64,000 bases of DNA from assembly GCF_009914755.1 (NCBI RefSeq), contig NC_060941.1. The stretch is one strand, 5' to 3'. Of the stretch, positions 1 through 14,550 are shown piece by piece. Numbering within the stretch: the first letter of the stretch is position 1; every line of letters starts with the position of its first letter. The position numbers and the translations under genes were made by a program. The notes beneath the pieces were generated by a model. It saw nothing but the letters and a program-made list of their open reading frames with translations. It made no database searches and was not told the origin of the DNA. Origin of the DNA: the human T2T-CHM13v2.0 reference genome, Homo sapiens.

Positions 1-199
1 TGCCTGAAGGAGGGATCGTTAAATGCAGGGACACTAGGGGGCCGGGGCTGGAGCTATGGGGCCTGGGTAGGGGATAAAGCACCTCTCTGGGAGCCCAGAA
101 CCCCAAGTGGACCTGCTGAGCTAAGGAGAAAGAAGCCAGAGAGGGCCCAGGGGAGTGGGAGCCTTGGTCTGCTGGCCAGTGTGGGCGAGGTACATCTTT

Positions 200-305
200 G
201 TATCCCCATTTCACGGATGAGGGACTGAGGCTCCAAGAGACTAAGTGATTTGCCCAAGATCTCACAGCAGGAAGTGATGGAACTGGGATTCAAACACAAG
301 TCGTT
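200..305. mobile_element. MIR fragment; similar MIR cores occur near 5400-5560, 6290-6375, 6900-7065, 9470-9640, 28770-28950 and 62275-62375
   Basis: MIR core cccatttcac.gatgagg.aactgaggct...aagtgatttgcccaag.tcacacagc. Confidence 0.7.
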
Positions 306-712
306 TCCAGCTTTGATGTCTGCTTTATTCCTCTCCTAGCCCCATAGCTGGGACCTATCCCAATCCCAGGCCCATCCCTACCACCATAGCCCCTATTTTT
401 TTTTTATTCCTTTATCCATGGATCTTTAATTTGAGGAAATAAAGTTAAACTTGCCAAATAGCAGCAGCATCGAACCACATTGAATCTGTTCTTCATTATT
501 TACAAGATTCTCTTATCTCTTCCAATTCTTATCAGTGTTCACATGTCATTTCTACCAGTTATGATCAAGTTCGCTTGTGTTTTAGGTTTACCCTCATTTG
601 TAATTCTTTATTTGTGTATGACATGTGTATTGCTATATTATCGTCCTATATCGGACTCTATTGGCCTCTCTCTGATGGCAGTTGGGATGTTGAAAATGAA
701 GAAGACTGACGA

Positions 713-914
713 CAGTGATGTGCTGGTAAATGTTTAACAGGCTGGGGATGCTGTCATTTTGTGGTGTTTTCCAATTTCTGTGGTGTCCATTTCTGTGGTC
801 CAATTCCCATGGCCAATTTCCAGCCATCGACAGTTTAACACGATCTCACCAACTCCTGAAAAGTTAACAGTGAGCTCTTGTGAGTCAGTGCGAGCCATCT
901 CCAGCACACCATTG
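713..914. mobile_element. hAT-type MITE, MER63-like
   Basis: Imperfect TIRs cagtgatgtgctgg ... ccagcacaccattg; family from recall. Confidence 0.55.
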
Positions 915-944
915 AGTATGGTGAACCATGAGAAGAATTTCTAA

Positions 945-3074
<2,130 letters not shown>

Positions 3075-3465
3075 TGAGTTTAAGAGGCCTCGAAAGGCAT
3101 ACTAAAAAGTTTGAACTTTGGCTTTTAGGCAATGGAGAGCCAGTGACTGTTCTAAGGCAGAGAGGGATGGGATCCAACACAGACTTTTGAGACAAAACTG
3201 GAGTAGTGTGAAGGGTGGCAGGGAAGAAGCAGGCTGAGAGGCAGGTGGGTTTGAGGCTCTGAGCTAGGCGCGAGGCCAGGGGGCTGCAGGAGTAGAAGAC
3301 CAGGGATCTGCTGGAACCCGCCACGTGGCTCCTGGTTGGCCGAGGCGAAAGATGGCAGTGCTCTGTGCTGAGGTGGGGGGTAGGAAAACTGCCAGCTGCT
3401 CCCAAGGAAGGAAAAGGGGTTCAGAGCGGTGCCACCCCTGAGAGCAGCCTTTCCCTTTCCTCTAG

Positions 3466-3567
3466 GACCCTGCTGTCCTCCCTCCCCTTCTCCCACCTTC
3501 CAGCCTCTGGCTACAACACGCCTGCAGCCCAAGGCAAAAGCTCAGCAAACCCAGCCCCCAGGATTGA
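3466..3567 (+). CDS. CD300LG: CD300LG internal coding exon (102 nt), mucin-like stalk part 1: (G)PCCPPSPSPTFQPLATTRLQPKAKAQQTQPPGL(T)
   Basis: Acceptor ttccctttcctctag and donor A|gtgagt; phase 1-1. Translation matches the recalled CD300LG stalk and joins in frame to 4361. Confidence 0.93.
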   Translation, partial: DPAVLPPLLPPSSLWLQHACSPRQKLSKPSPQD

Positions 3568-4360
3568 GTGAGTGAATGGCAATTCCGCCCCTTCCCTTGC
3601 CACCCTTCTTACAGAAGCAGCCAGTGAGTGCCTGCCTGGTACCAGACACAATAGTTTATGGCCACCTAGGTGTCCCCACAAGCCTGGGAGCTGGGTTGTC
3701 CAGCTGTGGAAGTGGAGGCTCAGCAGGGTTAGGTCACTTGCTCAGGGTCACACAAGAAGTGCCAGATCCCAGAAGTGGTCACAGCCTGACCCCAAAGCTC
3801 ATATTCTGTCTGCGCCATCCAGAGTCTCGGGGGCAAGCCAGAAAGGCCAGGCCTTGGGCCCTGACCTCTGGACTCATCCTGCCACCCTGCCCTTCCTGGT
3901 CTCATGGCTGCAGAAGGAAGTCAAGGCCTTACTGAGGCACGGGTGGTTGGGGAGGGGGCACATGGTGGTGAGGGGAGGACCTGCCCTTCTGGTGAGGAAG
4001 GAGGTGACAATTGACTGGGACTGTAGGGGGAGGGCAGGAAGGTGTCCACTGAATGGTCACTGGAAAGGGTCATGGAAGCGGGGAAGGGGAGTGCTTATAC
4101 CTCCTCACAGAGGCAACAAGCTGTGGGCACAGAAAGAGACTGAACATCATGCACAGCTGTGGGGTGTGCCTGATCTACGGTCTCCTTCCTCAAAGTGGCT
4201 TCATCTAGATCTGTTTGCTTACTGGGGTATCCTTTAGCTGGGGATGTTCCGAGAAACGGGTCCCAGGGAGGCTAGGGTTCAGGGGTCCAGGGTCAGAAGT
4301 CAGGGATGCTGGGATGCAAGGGTCAGGAAGGATGCTGAGGCATTGCTTTTGGACTTGTAG

Positions 4361-4598
4361 CTTCTCCTGGGCTCTACCCGGCAGCCACCACAGCCAAGCA
4401 GGGGAAGACAGGGGCTGAGGCCCCTCCATTGCCAGGGACTTCCCAGTACGGGCACGAAAGGACTTCTCAGTACACAGGAACCTCTCCTCACCCAGCGACC
4501 TCTCCTCCTGCAGGGAGCTCCCGCCCCCCCATGCAGCTGGACTCCACCTCAGCAGAGGACACCAGTCCAGCTCTCAGCAGTGGCAGCTCTAAGCCCAG
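4361..4598 (+). CDS. CD300LG: CD300LG coding exon (238 nt), Ser/Thr/Pro-rich mucin stalk part 2: (T)[15 protein letters not shown]...SSGSSKP(R)
   Basis: Acceptor ttttggacttgtag and donor CAG|gtgagc. Open frame is continuous with the flanking exons. Confidence 0.93.
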
Positions 4599-5760
4599 GT
4601 GAGCCCCAGGTGACCAACATCCCCTTTCAAGCCATCACTAAACCATAAGGTGCCTTTGAGAAAATAGGAACTCAACACTCTTTCCTCTAAGCGGACGCAT
4701 CCTCTTGTCATGGCCACAGCCTGCAGCACAGAGAGTCCCTCACAGGGGCCCTTGAGCAGTGGACAGCTTGTACTATAGGAGCCAGCAGCTCTGCTGCCTG
4801 TCCAGTGTGAAGGGTCCACCAGGATCCCAGTCCTGACCTCTCTCCCTGCCCCAGCCTCAGGGACGGCCACCCCAGTTCTGGGGCTTTTGCCTGTATACTT
4901 TGCACTAAGCCCTGTGCCAAACATGAAAACTCAGAGTCCAAAAGAAAACAATTTTTTGCCTTACAACTGGAGTCCCAGCCTGAAGGATTGGTTCTTGGGG
5001 GTTGTAAATGCACTTGGCTACCGACATCCAGGCAGCTGCTGGCAGGTTCAGGCCCTGCTGAAAGTGAATCCTGGGTTGGCAATGGGGGCGGGGATCCGTT
5101 CCACACCTGACAGGGCTGATGGGACATCGTGGTCCCTAGTGCCCTCTGATCTCCTTGGGAGAGAGAAAGGACATGGCTTGACTCACAGTAAGAATGCCAG
5201 GATGCCCCACATGCCAGTGACACCAGCCCAGATACAGGCCACCGGGAACTTCCCCACACACCACTGCATGACCTAACGAGTCGCTCATTGCTTCAGGTGT
5301 CAGTTTCTCCAGTGTGAAATTGATCCACTCCTACCTAGTTATACAGGGGTTGTGGAATTTAACAGCTAACATTGACGTGGTGCCTGGCATGTGTGTGGCA
5401 CTGAACTATGCGCTTTACACATCCTCACCCATTTGATCCTCACCACAGCCATTTTACAGAGGAGGAAATTGACACCCTGGGAGGTTTAGTCACTTATCCA
5501 AGGTATAGAAAGGTGGTGGAGCTAGAGTTTGAACCTAGACAGCCTGGCTCCGGGGTCTGCGCTAATTACATAATGTTTGTCAAGAGCCAGTAGCACTAAA
5601 TACCACCCCCCCGCACCACCACCCCCCACAAGTCTCTGCTGCATTGAATTGGATTCCACACTAGGGATTGGCTTTCTCAGCCTGTGCCTGGGACCCCCAA
5701 AGGACATAGACTCTGGCTTATCTGGTAACAGCCACTAGGCTCCTTGCGTCTCGTCTCCAG

Positions 5761-5873
5761 GGTGTCCATCCCGATGGTCCGCATACTGGCCCCAGTCCTG
5801 GTGCTGCTGAGCCTTCTGTCAGCCGCAGGCCTGATCGCCTTCTGCAGCCACCTGCTCCTGTGGAGAAAGGAAG
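5761..5873 (+). CDS. CD300LG: CD300LG transmembrane exon: (R)VSIPMVRILAPVLVLLSLLSAAGLIAFCSHLLLWRKE
   Basis: Acceptor cgtctcgtctccag and donor AAG|gtgagc. Encodes a hydrophobic helix followed by RK stop-transfer residues (within ORF 5744..5998). Confidence 0.95.
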
Positions 5874-6379
5874 GTGAGCAAAGGTGGGCGGCAGGAAGGC
5901 GGGAGGCTCACTGGGCCAGGGACCTCACTGAGACCTGCAGCTCCCCATCCAGCCCTGGAAAGACCCTGTGGGTCTCAGCGTGTCTGTCTGAGATATGAGC
6001 ATCAGGAGCTGTGGCCTCCCTTCTGAAGGAGCCACGAGGTAGTCAACATTAGGAAAGTAATTCACAAGGGGAAATGGGAGAATGAAGGGTTCTCAGCTTC
6101 TTCCTGCCTGTCTAAACTGATCAAGCACTTCTCTACCTATTGATCCCAGGGAATTCATTGCCAGCTCCTTGTGTGGGAACCAACTGCCAGGGGCAGTGCA
6201 GGACCAAGCACTTGAATTTGAGCAGGACAGACATTGTAACCCCACTCCTGCCACTGGGTCTCTAGAGCTGCTCAGCCCCTTCCATAGGCTGGGGCTCAAA
6301 TCCCAGCTCTGCCACTTTTTAGCTGTGTGACGTCAGGCAAGTCACCTAACTGCCCTAAGCCTCATTTACCTCAAATCAC

Positions 6380-6875
<496 letters not shown>

Positions 6876-7657
6876 CTAAAAGGATTAACCAAAATCTCAG
6901 TAATAAGAGCTACCATGTGCCAGCCACTATCCCCAGCTTATCTTGCTTATCCCCTTTAATCTCCACACTGTGGAGTACACCCATTTTCCAGGGGGAGAAA
7001 CTGAGGCACAGAGTGGTTAAGCAGCTTGCCCTTTGTTTGCATAGCTAAGAAGTGGTGGAGCCGGGAAGATAATCACAATGTCATACCCATGGAGGCGGCC
7101 ACAGGGGAATCCTGGGCCTGCTTTCTGTCCCTTCCATGTGTGGCTCCTAGGAGGAAATGTGGGCTTTGTCCAGGTCCCCTCTGAAGAAGCCAGGGTGGGA
7201 GCATTCCTGGTCACAACCTCAGAGCCACTTAGCACCTTGCATCTCAAACTTTGATTGCCAGCTAGCAGCGGTGGCAACCCTTGGTAGCCTGTTAGAAATG
7301 CAGACCCTCAGACCCTCACCCCAGCCTACTGAATTAGACTCTGCACTGTACAAAAACATCCAGGGGGTCCTATGTGCACACTAAGGCTTAAGTAGCAGTG
7401 ACCTTAGCACACAGATTTATTTTCCCAGCCAGTTTCTGACCCTCATGAGATAATCTCCATGCACTGATCTCAGAAGACTGGGTCATTCCCAAGGGGCTAA
7501 GCTGGAAGGGGCTCCTCTGCCCATCTGGCTGCCTCCTCCCTCTGGGAAGCCCCTGCTCCCGTGTGCAAGGGGGCCAGTCCACCTTTCTGGGAGCAGCTAC
7601 AGGCCACTCCCGGCTACTCCTGGCTTCAAGGGGCTCCTCCTTCTACATCTCTTTCAG

Positions 7658-7710
7658 CTCAACAGGCCACGGAGACACAGAGGAACGAGAAGTTCTGCCT
7701 CTCACGCTTG
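7658..7710 (+). CDS. CD300LG: CD300LG cytoplasmic exon (53 nt): (A)QQATETQRNEKFCLSRL
   Basis: Acceptor ctacatctctttcag and donor TTG|gtaagg; phase 1-0, in frame with the TM exon. Confidence 0.93.
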
Positions 7711-7714
7711 GTAA

Positions 7715-7819
<105 letters not shown>

Positions 7820-8343
7820 TAGAGGCAGCGCTTGCTCCCCACCTTGGAGGAATGTGTGTGAGCCCCAAGATCAGCCCTTCAGGGTGTGAGCCGGACACAG
7901 TGCCCATGGGGGACTCACAGGTGGGAACCTGATTTCCCGCCAGGTGCCAGGCAGGGTGGGCTCCAGGAGCCATGTGAGCATCTTCTCCAGGCGCCTTCTT
8001 TCCATCCCCCCTTTTAGAATCACAGAACATCAGAGCTGGATCCAGATGAAGCCTTTGAGATCTCTAGCCTGACTTTTCTCTCAGTTTGAAGCAAATCGCC
8101 TTTCAGAACGCCCAGGGGTCAGGGAGCTGTTAGAGATGCACTCTCCAGGGCCCCAGACCCAGCTGAACCCTCCAGGGGTGGGGTCCAGGGACTCTGGCAG
8201 TGCTACAAACTCTAGTGTGCTTTTACAAAAGATGAGACTGAGGCCCAGAGAGGGTAAAGGTCTTGCCCATGGTCACACAGCAGGTGGTGGCCCAAACAGA
8301 GAACAGGACCCAGATTTCTTGACTCCTGCTCTTCTCTTTCCAG

Positions 8344-8382
8344 AACTCCCTGATGTTTTCTCTGAGCCTGCCTTGGCTCTGA
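8344..8382 (+). CDS. CD300LG: CD300LG alternative terminal coding exon: NSLMFSLSLPWL*
   Basis: Strong acceptor ctcctgctcttctctttccag, phase 0 compatible with donor 7710. The peptide matches a recalled short-tail isoform. Confidence 0.72.
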   Translation, partial: NSLMFSLSLPWL

Positions 8383-11300
8383 GACCAAGGTGGTGTGGCT
8401 GCTCTGGGACCCAGGCTGAGGGTGGTGCTCTGGGGACCAGGGGCAAGAGAATAAGGGTCCCTGTGCCCATTGTCTGGAGCTGGGAACCTGCCCCAAGGCT
8501 ACTGCTGCAAGAAGAGACTGTGCCCTCCGAGGCCAGCACTCCAACGGAGGGGGCTGCAGCATCGCACTTCAGGCAACAGAAGCCCCTCCTGGCCCCTCCT
8601 CCCTCTGCTGTTTACTGAGATGCCTCCACTCCATTCCTTTAAACACAAGGGCAGGAAAGCGGAGCTACCATTGCCTTCTTTCCTGGCGCCAGTGAGGACA
8701 AAAGACTCAGGCCTGGTCACCCCAAGGAGGGTCTGGGGTGGAAATGGGACTTTGGGCTGTGGCTTAGGAAGCAGCTGTTGTTGTCTCAGGAAGCTCAACA
8801 GGGCCAAAGGTAGCAGAGGAGAGTAAGGGAAAAGTCATGGAGACACACGGATGGATGGACGGTGGGTGCCACTGGCCACCTCCAAGCCCGGCCTCCTGGC
8901 TCTGCGGGCTAGGGCCTGGGTCTCACCCCACCTAGCTCCAGAAGAGGGGCTGGGGTCCAAGGAGGCTGAGAGCGCCGGAACCAGCCACAGCTCCCATGCT
9001 ACTGCCTTCTGGCAACCCTGAGAAGGGCTGCTTTGGGCTTTTTCCTGCCTGAGGCTCCTGACCCTGGCTCTGCTGAAGAGGGAGGGGACAGGAAGGGGCA
9101 CAGGGCCAGCAGGCAGAGGGGCTCTAGGGGGCGGCCCCTTGTTGAGGGAAAGATGGAACAGGGCCTCCCAAGAGGGTCAGAGGCAAGAACCCTGTAAACA
9201 CGATCAGGTGGGTGCTTCTGCTTTTTCTTGATTATTTCCCTTGTGGCTTCTCCATAGGATTTAGCAGAGTCTGGAGATGGAATTGAAGGGGTTTGGGGCT
9301 TTCTTTGTCCACATTCGGGTCAAAGAGGGAGGGGGATGCATTACTTATACTTTGAGAGGCCTCACAGGGGTGTGAAAACCCTGAGGGAAGTCTTAGGGGT
9401 CAGACCAGCATTTTCTTTCCCTAAGAGATCTTGCTAGAAGGACTGCCATCCATCCATTCGTCTGCCTCATCTTTTATTGAACACCTACTACGTGTCAGGG
9501 GCTTTATATATGCCAACGAATCCTCATCATTCCCATACGAGGTAGAGTTTAGTATCCCCTTCATTTTGCAGATGAAGAAATACAGGCTCAGAGAGAAAAG
9601 GGAAATTGCCCAGTGACCCAGCCTGAAAGAGGCAGAACTGGGGAGGCTGACAGGTCTATGGGGCTGGCTGCAGAGCCCTCTGCGTCCTCCACCCCGCTGC
9701 ACTGAAGTACAAGGGGTTTGAGGAATGGAGCCAAGTTCGCAGCCCAAGACTCCTCCCCCAGACTCAGGAGAAAGACCCTGGGACAGCTGCAGACCCTCAC
9801 TCCTGGAAATGAATAGCCTGCTAAGCTCCGATCAGAACTCAGCCCTGGCTTCCCAAGACTTCCCTCTTTCTTTATTAGGTTTATTACTAGTACCTAGAAG
9901 CAGAGCTCTGATATATATCTTGCATATTTAGCAACCCAGAAAATGCCTCCATGCTTGCTGGAACAGGGCCGATCGTCCACAGTGGAGGCAGAGGGGCAGG
10001 GGAGAGGTTGCAAATCACACCAGACTTGCGATAGTGGGCCTGGCTGCTGCCTAGGTGTGCCGTTTGGCCTCTGCACTGCGAGGCTCTTTCCTCAAACTCA
10101 GTCACCCTGGAACAGGTGACACTTCTGCAGCTGCTGGTGGTCCAGGGTCAGCAGTGGCTGGGTTAAAACCAGATTGCAAAGCTGTAAATATGGACTCATG
10201 GGTCTGATGTCAGGAGTCCTCTGGTGTAGCCCCAGGTCTGCCCTGCACCAAGGCCCCCTCTGTCCTCACCATGGGCAGGGCTAGGAGGGACAAGGGCCCT
10301 AAGTGGCAGCATTTGGGAATTGCCTTACCCCTCCCAGTGCCCTCATCCACCACCCACACTTCCCCCAAGGAATTCTGCTCTAATTCCTACCTTGTCCCCA
10401 GAAGGCTGAAGATGTCATCCCTGTGTTTCTTTTCTTTGGTATATATTTTATCTTTTTAATTTAAGGTTTTAGAGAAATGGGGTCTCACTATGTTGCCCAG
10501 GTTGGTCTCAAATTGCTGGGCTCAAGTGGTCCTCTAGCCTCAGCCTCCCAAAGTGTTGGGATTACAGGCAAGAGCCACCACACCCAGGCTTCATCTTAGC
10601 ATTTCTAACAAGATTTGGCTCAAACATCTGCCTCTGCCCCCATCCACAGCAGCTAGGTATTGAGAGAAGCTGGGCCCCGGTTAGTAGACCATGGACACCG
10701 AGCCCAAGAGGAATGTGTCACACACCCTGCCCGGATGGCAGCAGGGTATAGGGAAAGAGCTTGGGTCTGCAGTCAGACAGTCTCCAGTATGAGTCCCAGC
10801 TCAGCCATGTGCCAGCTGTGTGATGTCAAGCAGGTTGCATCACCTCTCTGAGCCCCTGTTGCCATAGCTCACATAGTTGTAAATAGGAAAGAGTGAGATG
10901 ATATACCCTATACATGCCCAGAAAATGGGAGCTTCTTTCTCTGGCATCAGTGCCCATTTGGCCATGGGATTCACTGTCCAGGAAACCCCAGGGCAGCCTG
11001 TGGCCTTGGGAGTCTTGGCTGGGGAGCTTGGCCGGCTCCAGCCTCTGCTCCGCCCACCTGCTAGGGCAAGGCCTGAGATGGACGGGCCTGGCGTTCCTGA
11101 TCTGAGGACCCATGGGAGCAGCCAGGCCCGGGTCAGAATATGGGCTTCCCCACTGACCCTGGACTACCTGCTGTCTTCCCTGGGCCGTGGTCTCCTCATC
11201 TGATGGATAATGGATTGCTCAGACCCATCATCTCAAGAATGTTTCATGTGTCCCTTGTTATTCGACGAATCTTTGGCGTGTCCAACTTTGCTGTCTCTTG

Positions 11301-12351
11301 GCCTGTTACAAAGAACCTGCAGCCTGCATGATCTTTCTGCTTTAAAGGATAGAAAATAATGAAAACAAATAAGTCATTCCAGAATTTCTCATTGGTTGAG
11401 TGGTAGGATGCTATTATGAATATTATAATCCCAAAGGACAAATTCTTACCTAGTTTTACAGCTGAGGAAACTGAGCTTCAGAGAGGTGAGACAGCTTGTC
11501 CTTCCTTGGACAAGACAGGAAGGAAGGAAGTGGCAGAGGCATCCAGGAGCTTAGTATTCTCCCCTCCCGGCACCTCCCTGCCTTGCCCACCCCTCCCACG
11601 TTTCCCTCATCTTGCTTGGGCTTGGCTGGGCTAGCAGACCATCCCTGCTGCCAAGAACAGGCTGTTCTGACCAAGTCTCTGTTACAGCCACTGGGGAATG
11701 GCCGGGACCCAGAGGACGCTGTGATCAACCTTGCAGGGCCCATGGGGTCTCTCACCATCCCCGAGCCCTCTCCCAGCCTCTACACAGAGATCCAGTATCT
11801 AAGCCAAGTATGGACAGAAGGGCCCTGGGAAGGGAGGGGCTGAGGAGCCACCTTGCCTGCCTCCACTCTGACAATTAGAGGAAGTGGAAGGAGGCCTTTT
11901 CCTCAGCATCTGCTCCCCAAACCCCACACCCCCGCATCTACCCACCTTCCCCATTCACAGCCATAGGCCTAGCCCATTTCACCTGGGAAGCCAGAGCTTT
12001 TGACCTCACATCCTCTTTTTTTCCGGTCCAGAAAATTCCTGAATAGCTTGTTGGGAGTCACAGCTGACAGTGCTGTGGGCTGCACTGCCCTCAAGGCCAC
12101 AACTGCGCCAGAACCCAGCCTGGGGCCTTGAGGGCACCCCGGGGGAGGGATGGATTGGGGTCATGAGAGGCCATGAATCAAAGCCTGGGAGTTCTGGGGA
12201 GTTGTTAGGTCCTGTGCCTCTGCAGATGGACGGAGGGCTGGAACTTGTGGAAAAGGCTGGGTGGACGCAGCAGCTACCTGGGGACCACCCCTCACACCTC
12301 CCACCCCTTCATCTGGGTTCTGCTCTCCAAACCCCACTGTTGTCTTTACAG

Positions 12352-12465
12352 ACTGCGGAGGAAAAGGAAGCCCCTTCCCAGGCCCCTGAGGGGGACGTGA
12401 TCTCGATGCCTCCCCTCCACACATCTGAGGAGGAGCTGGGCTTCTCGAAGTTTGTCTCAGCGTAG
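12352..12465 (+). CDS. CD300LG: CD300LG last coding exon: TAEEKEAPSQAPEGDVISMPPLHTSEEELGFSKFVSA*
   Basis: Acceptor ctgttgtctttacag and TAG at 12463-12465. Matches the recalled C-terminus; no Tyr-based ITIM. Confidence 0.95.
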   Translation, partial: TAEEKEAPSQAPEGDVISMPPLHTSEEELGFSKFVSA

Positions 12466-13566
12466 GGCAGGAGGCCCTCCTGGCCAGGCCAGCAGTGAAG
12501 CAGTATGGCTGGCTGGATCAGCACCGATTCCCGAAAGCTTTCCACCTCAGCCTCAGAGTCCAGCTGCCCGGACTCCAGGGCTCTCCCCACCCTCCCCAGG
12601 CTCTCCTCTTGCATGTTCCAGCCTGACCTAGAAGCGTTTGTCAGCCCTGGAGCCCAGAGCGGTGGCCTTGCTCTTCCGGCTGGAGACTGGGACATCCCTG
12701 ATAGGTTCACATCCCTGGGCAGAGTACCAGGCTGCTGACCCTCAGCAGGGCCAGACAAGGCTCAGTGGATCTGGTCTGAGTTTCAATCTGCCAGGAACTC
12801 CTGGGCCTCATGCCCAGTGTCGGACCCTGCCTTCCTCCCACTCCAGACCCCACCTTGTCTTCCCTCCCTGGCGTCCTCAGACTTAGTCCCACGGTCTCCT
12901 GCATCAGCTGGTGATGAAGAGGAGCATGCTGGGGTGAGACTGGGATTCTGGCTTCTCTTTGAACCACCTGCATCCCAGCCCTTCAGGAAGCCTGTGAAAA
13001 ACGTGATTCCTGGGCCCCACCAAGACCCACCAAAACCATCTCTGGGGCTTGGTGCAGGACTCTGAATTTCTAACAATGCCCAGTGACTGTCGCACTTGAG
13101 TTTGAGGGCCAGTGGGCCTGATGAACGCTCAGACCCCTCCAGCTTAGAGTCTGCATTTGGGCTGTGACGTCTCCCACCTGCCCCAATAAGATCTGCTCTG
13201 TCTGCGACACCAAGATCCAGCTGGGGACTCCCCTGAGGCCTGCCTAAGTCCAGGCCTTGGTCAGGTCAGGTGCACATTGCAGGGATAAGCCCAGGACCGG
13301 CAGAGAGTGGTTGCCTTTCCATTTGCCCTCCCTGGCCATGCCTTCTTGCCTTTGGAAAAATGATGAAGAAAACCTTGGCTCCTTCCTTGTCTGGAAAGGG
13401 TTACTTGCCTATGGGTTCTGGTGGCTAGAGAGAAAAGTAGAAAACCAGAGTGCACGTAGGTGTCTAACACAGAGGAGAGTAGGAACAGGGCGGATACCTG
13501 AAGGTGACTCCGAGTCCAGCCCCCTGGAGAAGGGGTCGGGGGTGGTGGTAAAGTAGCACAACTACT

Positions 13567-13872
13567 ATTTTTTTTCTTTTTCCATTATTATTGTTTTTTA
13601 AGACAGAATCTCGTGCTGCTGCCCAGGCTGGAGTGCAGTGGCACGATCTGCAAACTCCGCCTCCTGGGTTCAAGTGATTCTTCTGCCTCAGCCTCCCGAG
13701 TAGCTGGGATTACAGGCACGCACCACCACACCTGGCTAATTTTTGTACTTTTAGTAGAGATGGGGTTTCACCATGTTGGCCAGGCTGGTCTTGAACTCCT
13801 GACCTCAAATGAGCCTCCTGCTTCAGTCTCCCAAATTGCCGGGATTACAGGCATGAGCCACTGTGTCTGGCC
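13567..13872 (-). mobile_element. AluS-type element in the CD300LG 3' UTR
   Basis: Full dimeric Alu, antisense to the mRNA. Confidence 0.92.
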
Positions 13873-14159
13873 CTATTTCCTTTAAAAAGTGAAATTAAGA
13901 GTTGTTCAGTATGCAAAACTTGGAAAGATGGAGGAGAAAAAGAAAAGGAAGAAAAAAATGTCACCCATAGTCTCACCAGAGACTATCATTATTTCGTTTT
14001 GTTGTACTTCCTTCCACTCTTTTCTTCTTCACATAATTTGCCGGTGTTCTTTTTACAGAGCAATTATCTTGTATATACAACTTTGTATCCTGCCTTTTCC
14101 ACCTTATCGTTCCATCACTTTATTCCAGCACTTCTCTGTGTTTTACAGACCTTTTTATA

Positions 14160-14165
14160 AATAAA
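14160..14165 (+). terminator. Polyadenylation signal AATAAA of CD300LG
   Basis: Context ctttttataAATAAAatgttc, with a GT/T-rich tract (cagtgtgtctc, tttattt) about 30-45 nt downstream. Confidence 0.7.
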
Positions 14166-14271
14166 ATGTTCATCAGCTGCATATTCCATCCTATCAGTGT
14201 GTCTCAATTTATTTAACCAATAGTCTATCACTCGATATTTAATTTGCTTCCATTTTTGCTATTGTAGATAA

Positions 14272-14550
<279 letters not shown>

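Larger units (their letters stand above)
12466..14190 (+). other. CD300LG: CD300LG 3' UTR (end approximate), containing an antisense Alu
   Basis: Runs from the stop codon to the first canonical AATAAA I found downstream, at 14160-14165. Confidence 0.7.

Noticed and set aside
3572-4237. 221-aa ORF in a CD300LG intron
   Set aside because: Non-ATG start adjacent to a splice donor, includes MIR-like sequence, and shows no family similarity; expected by chance in GC-rich DNA.
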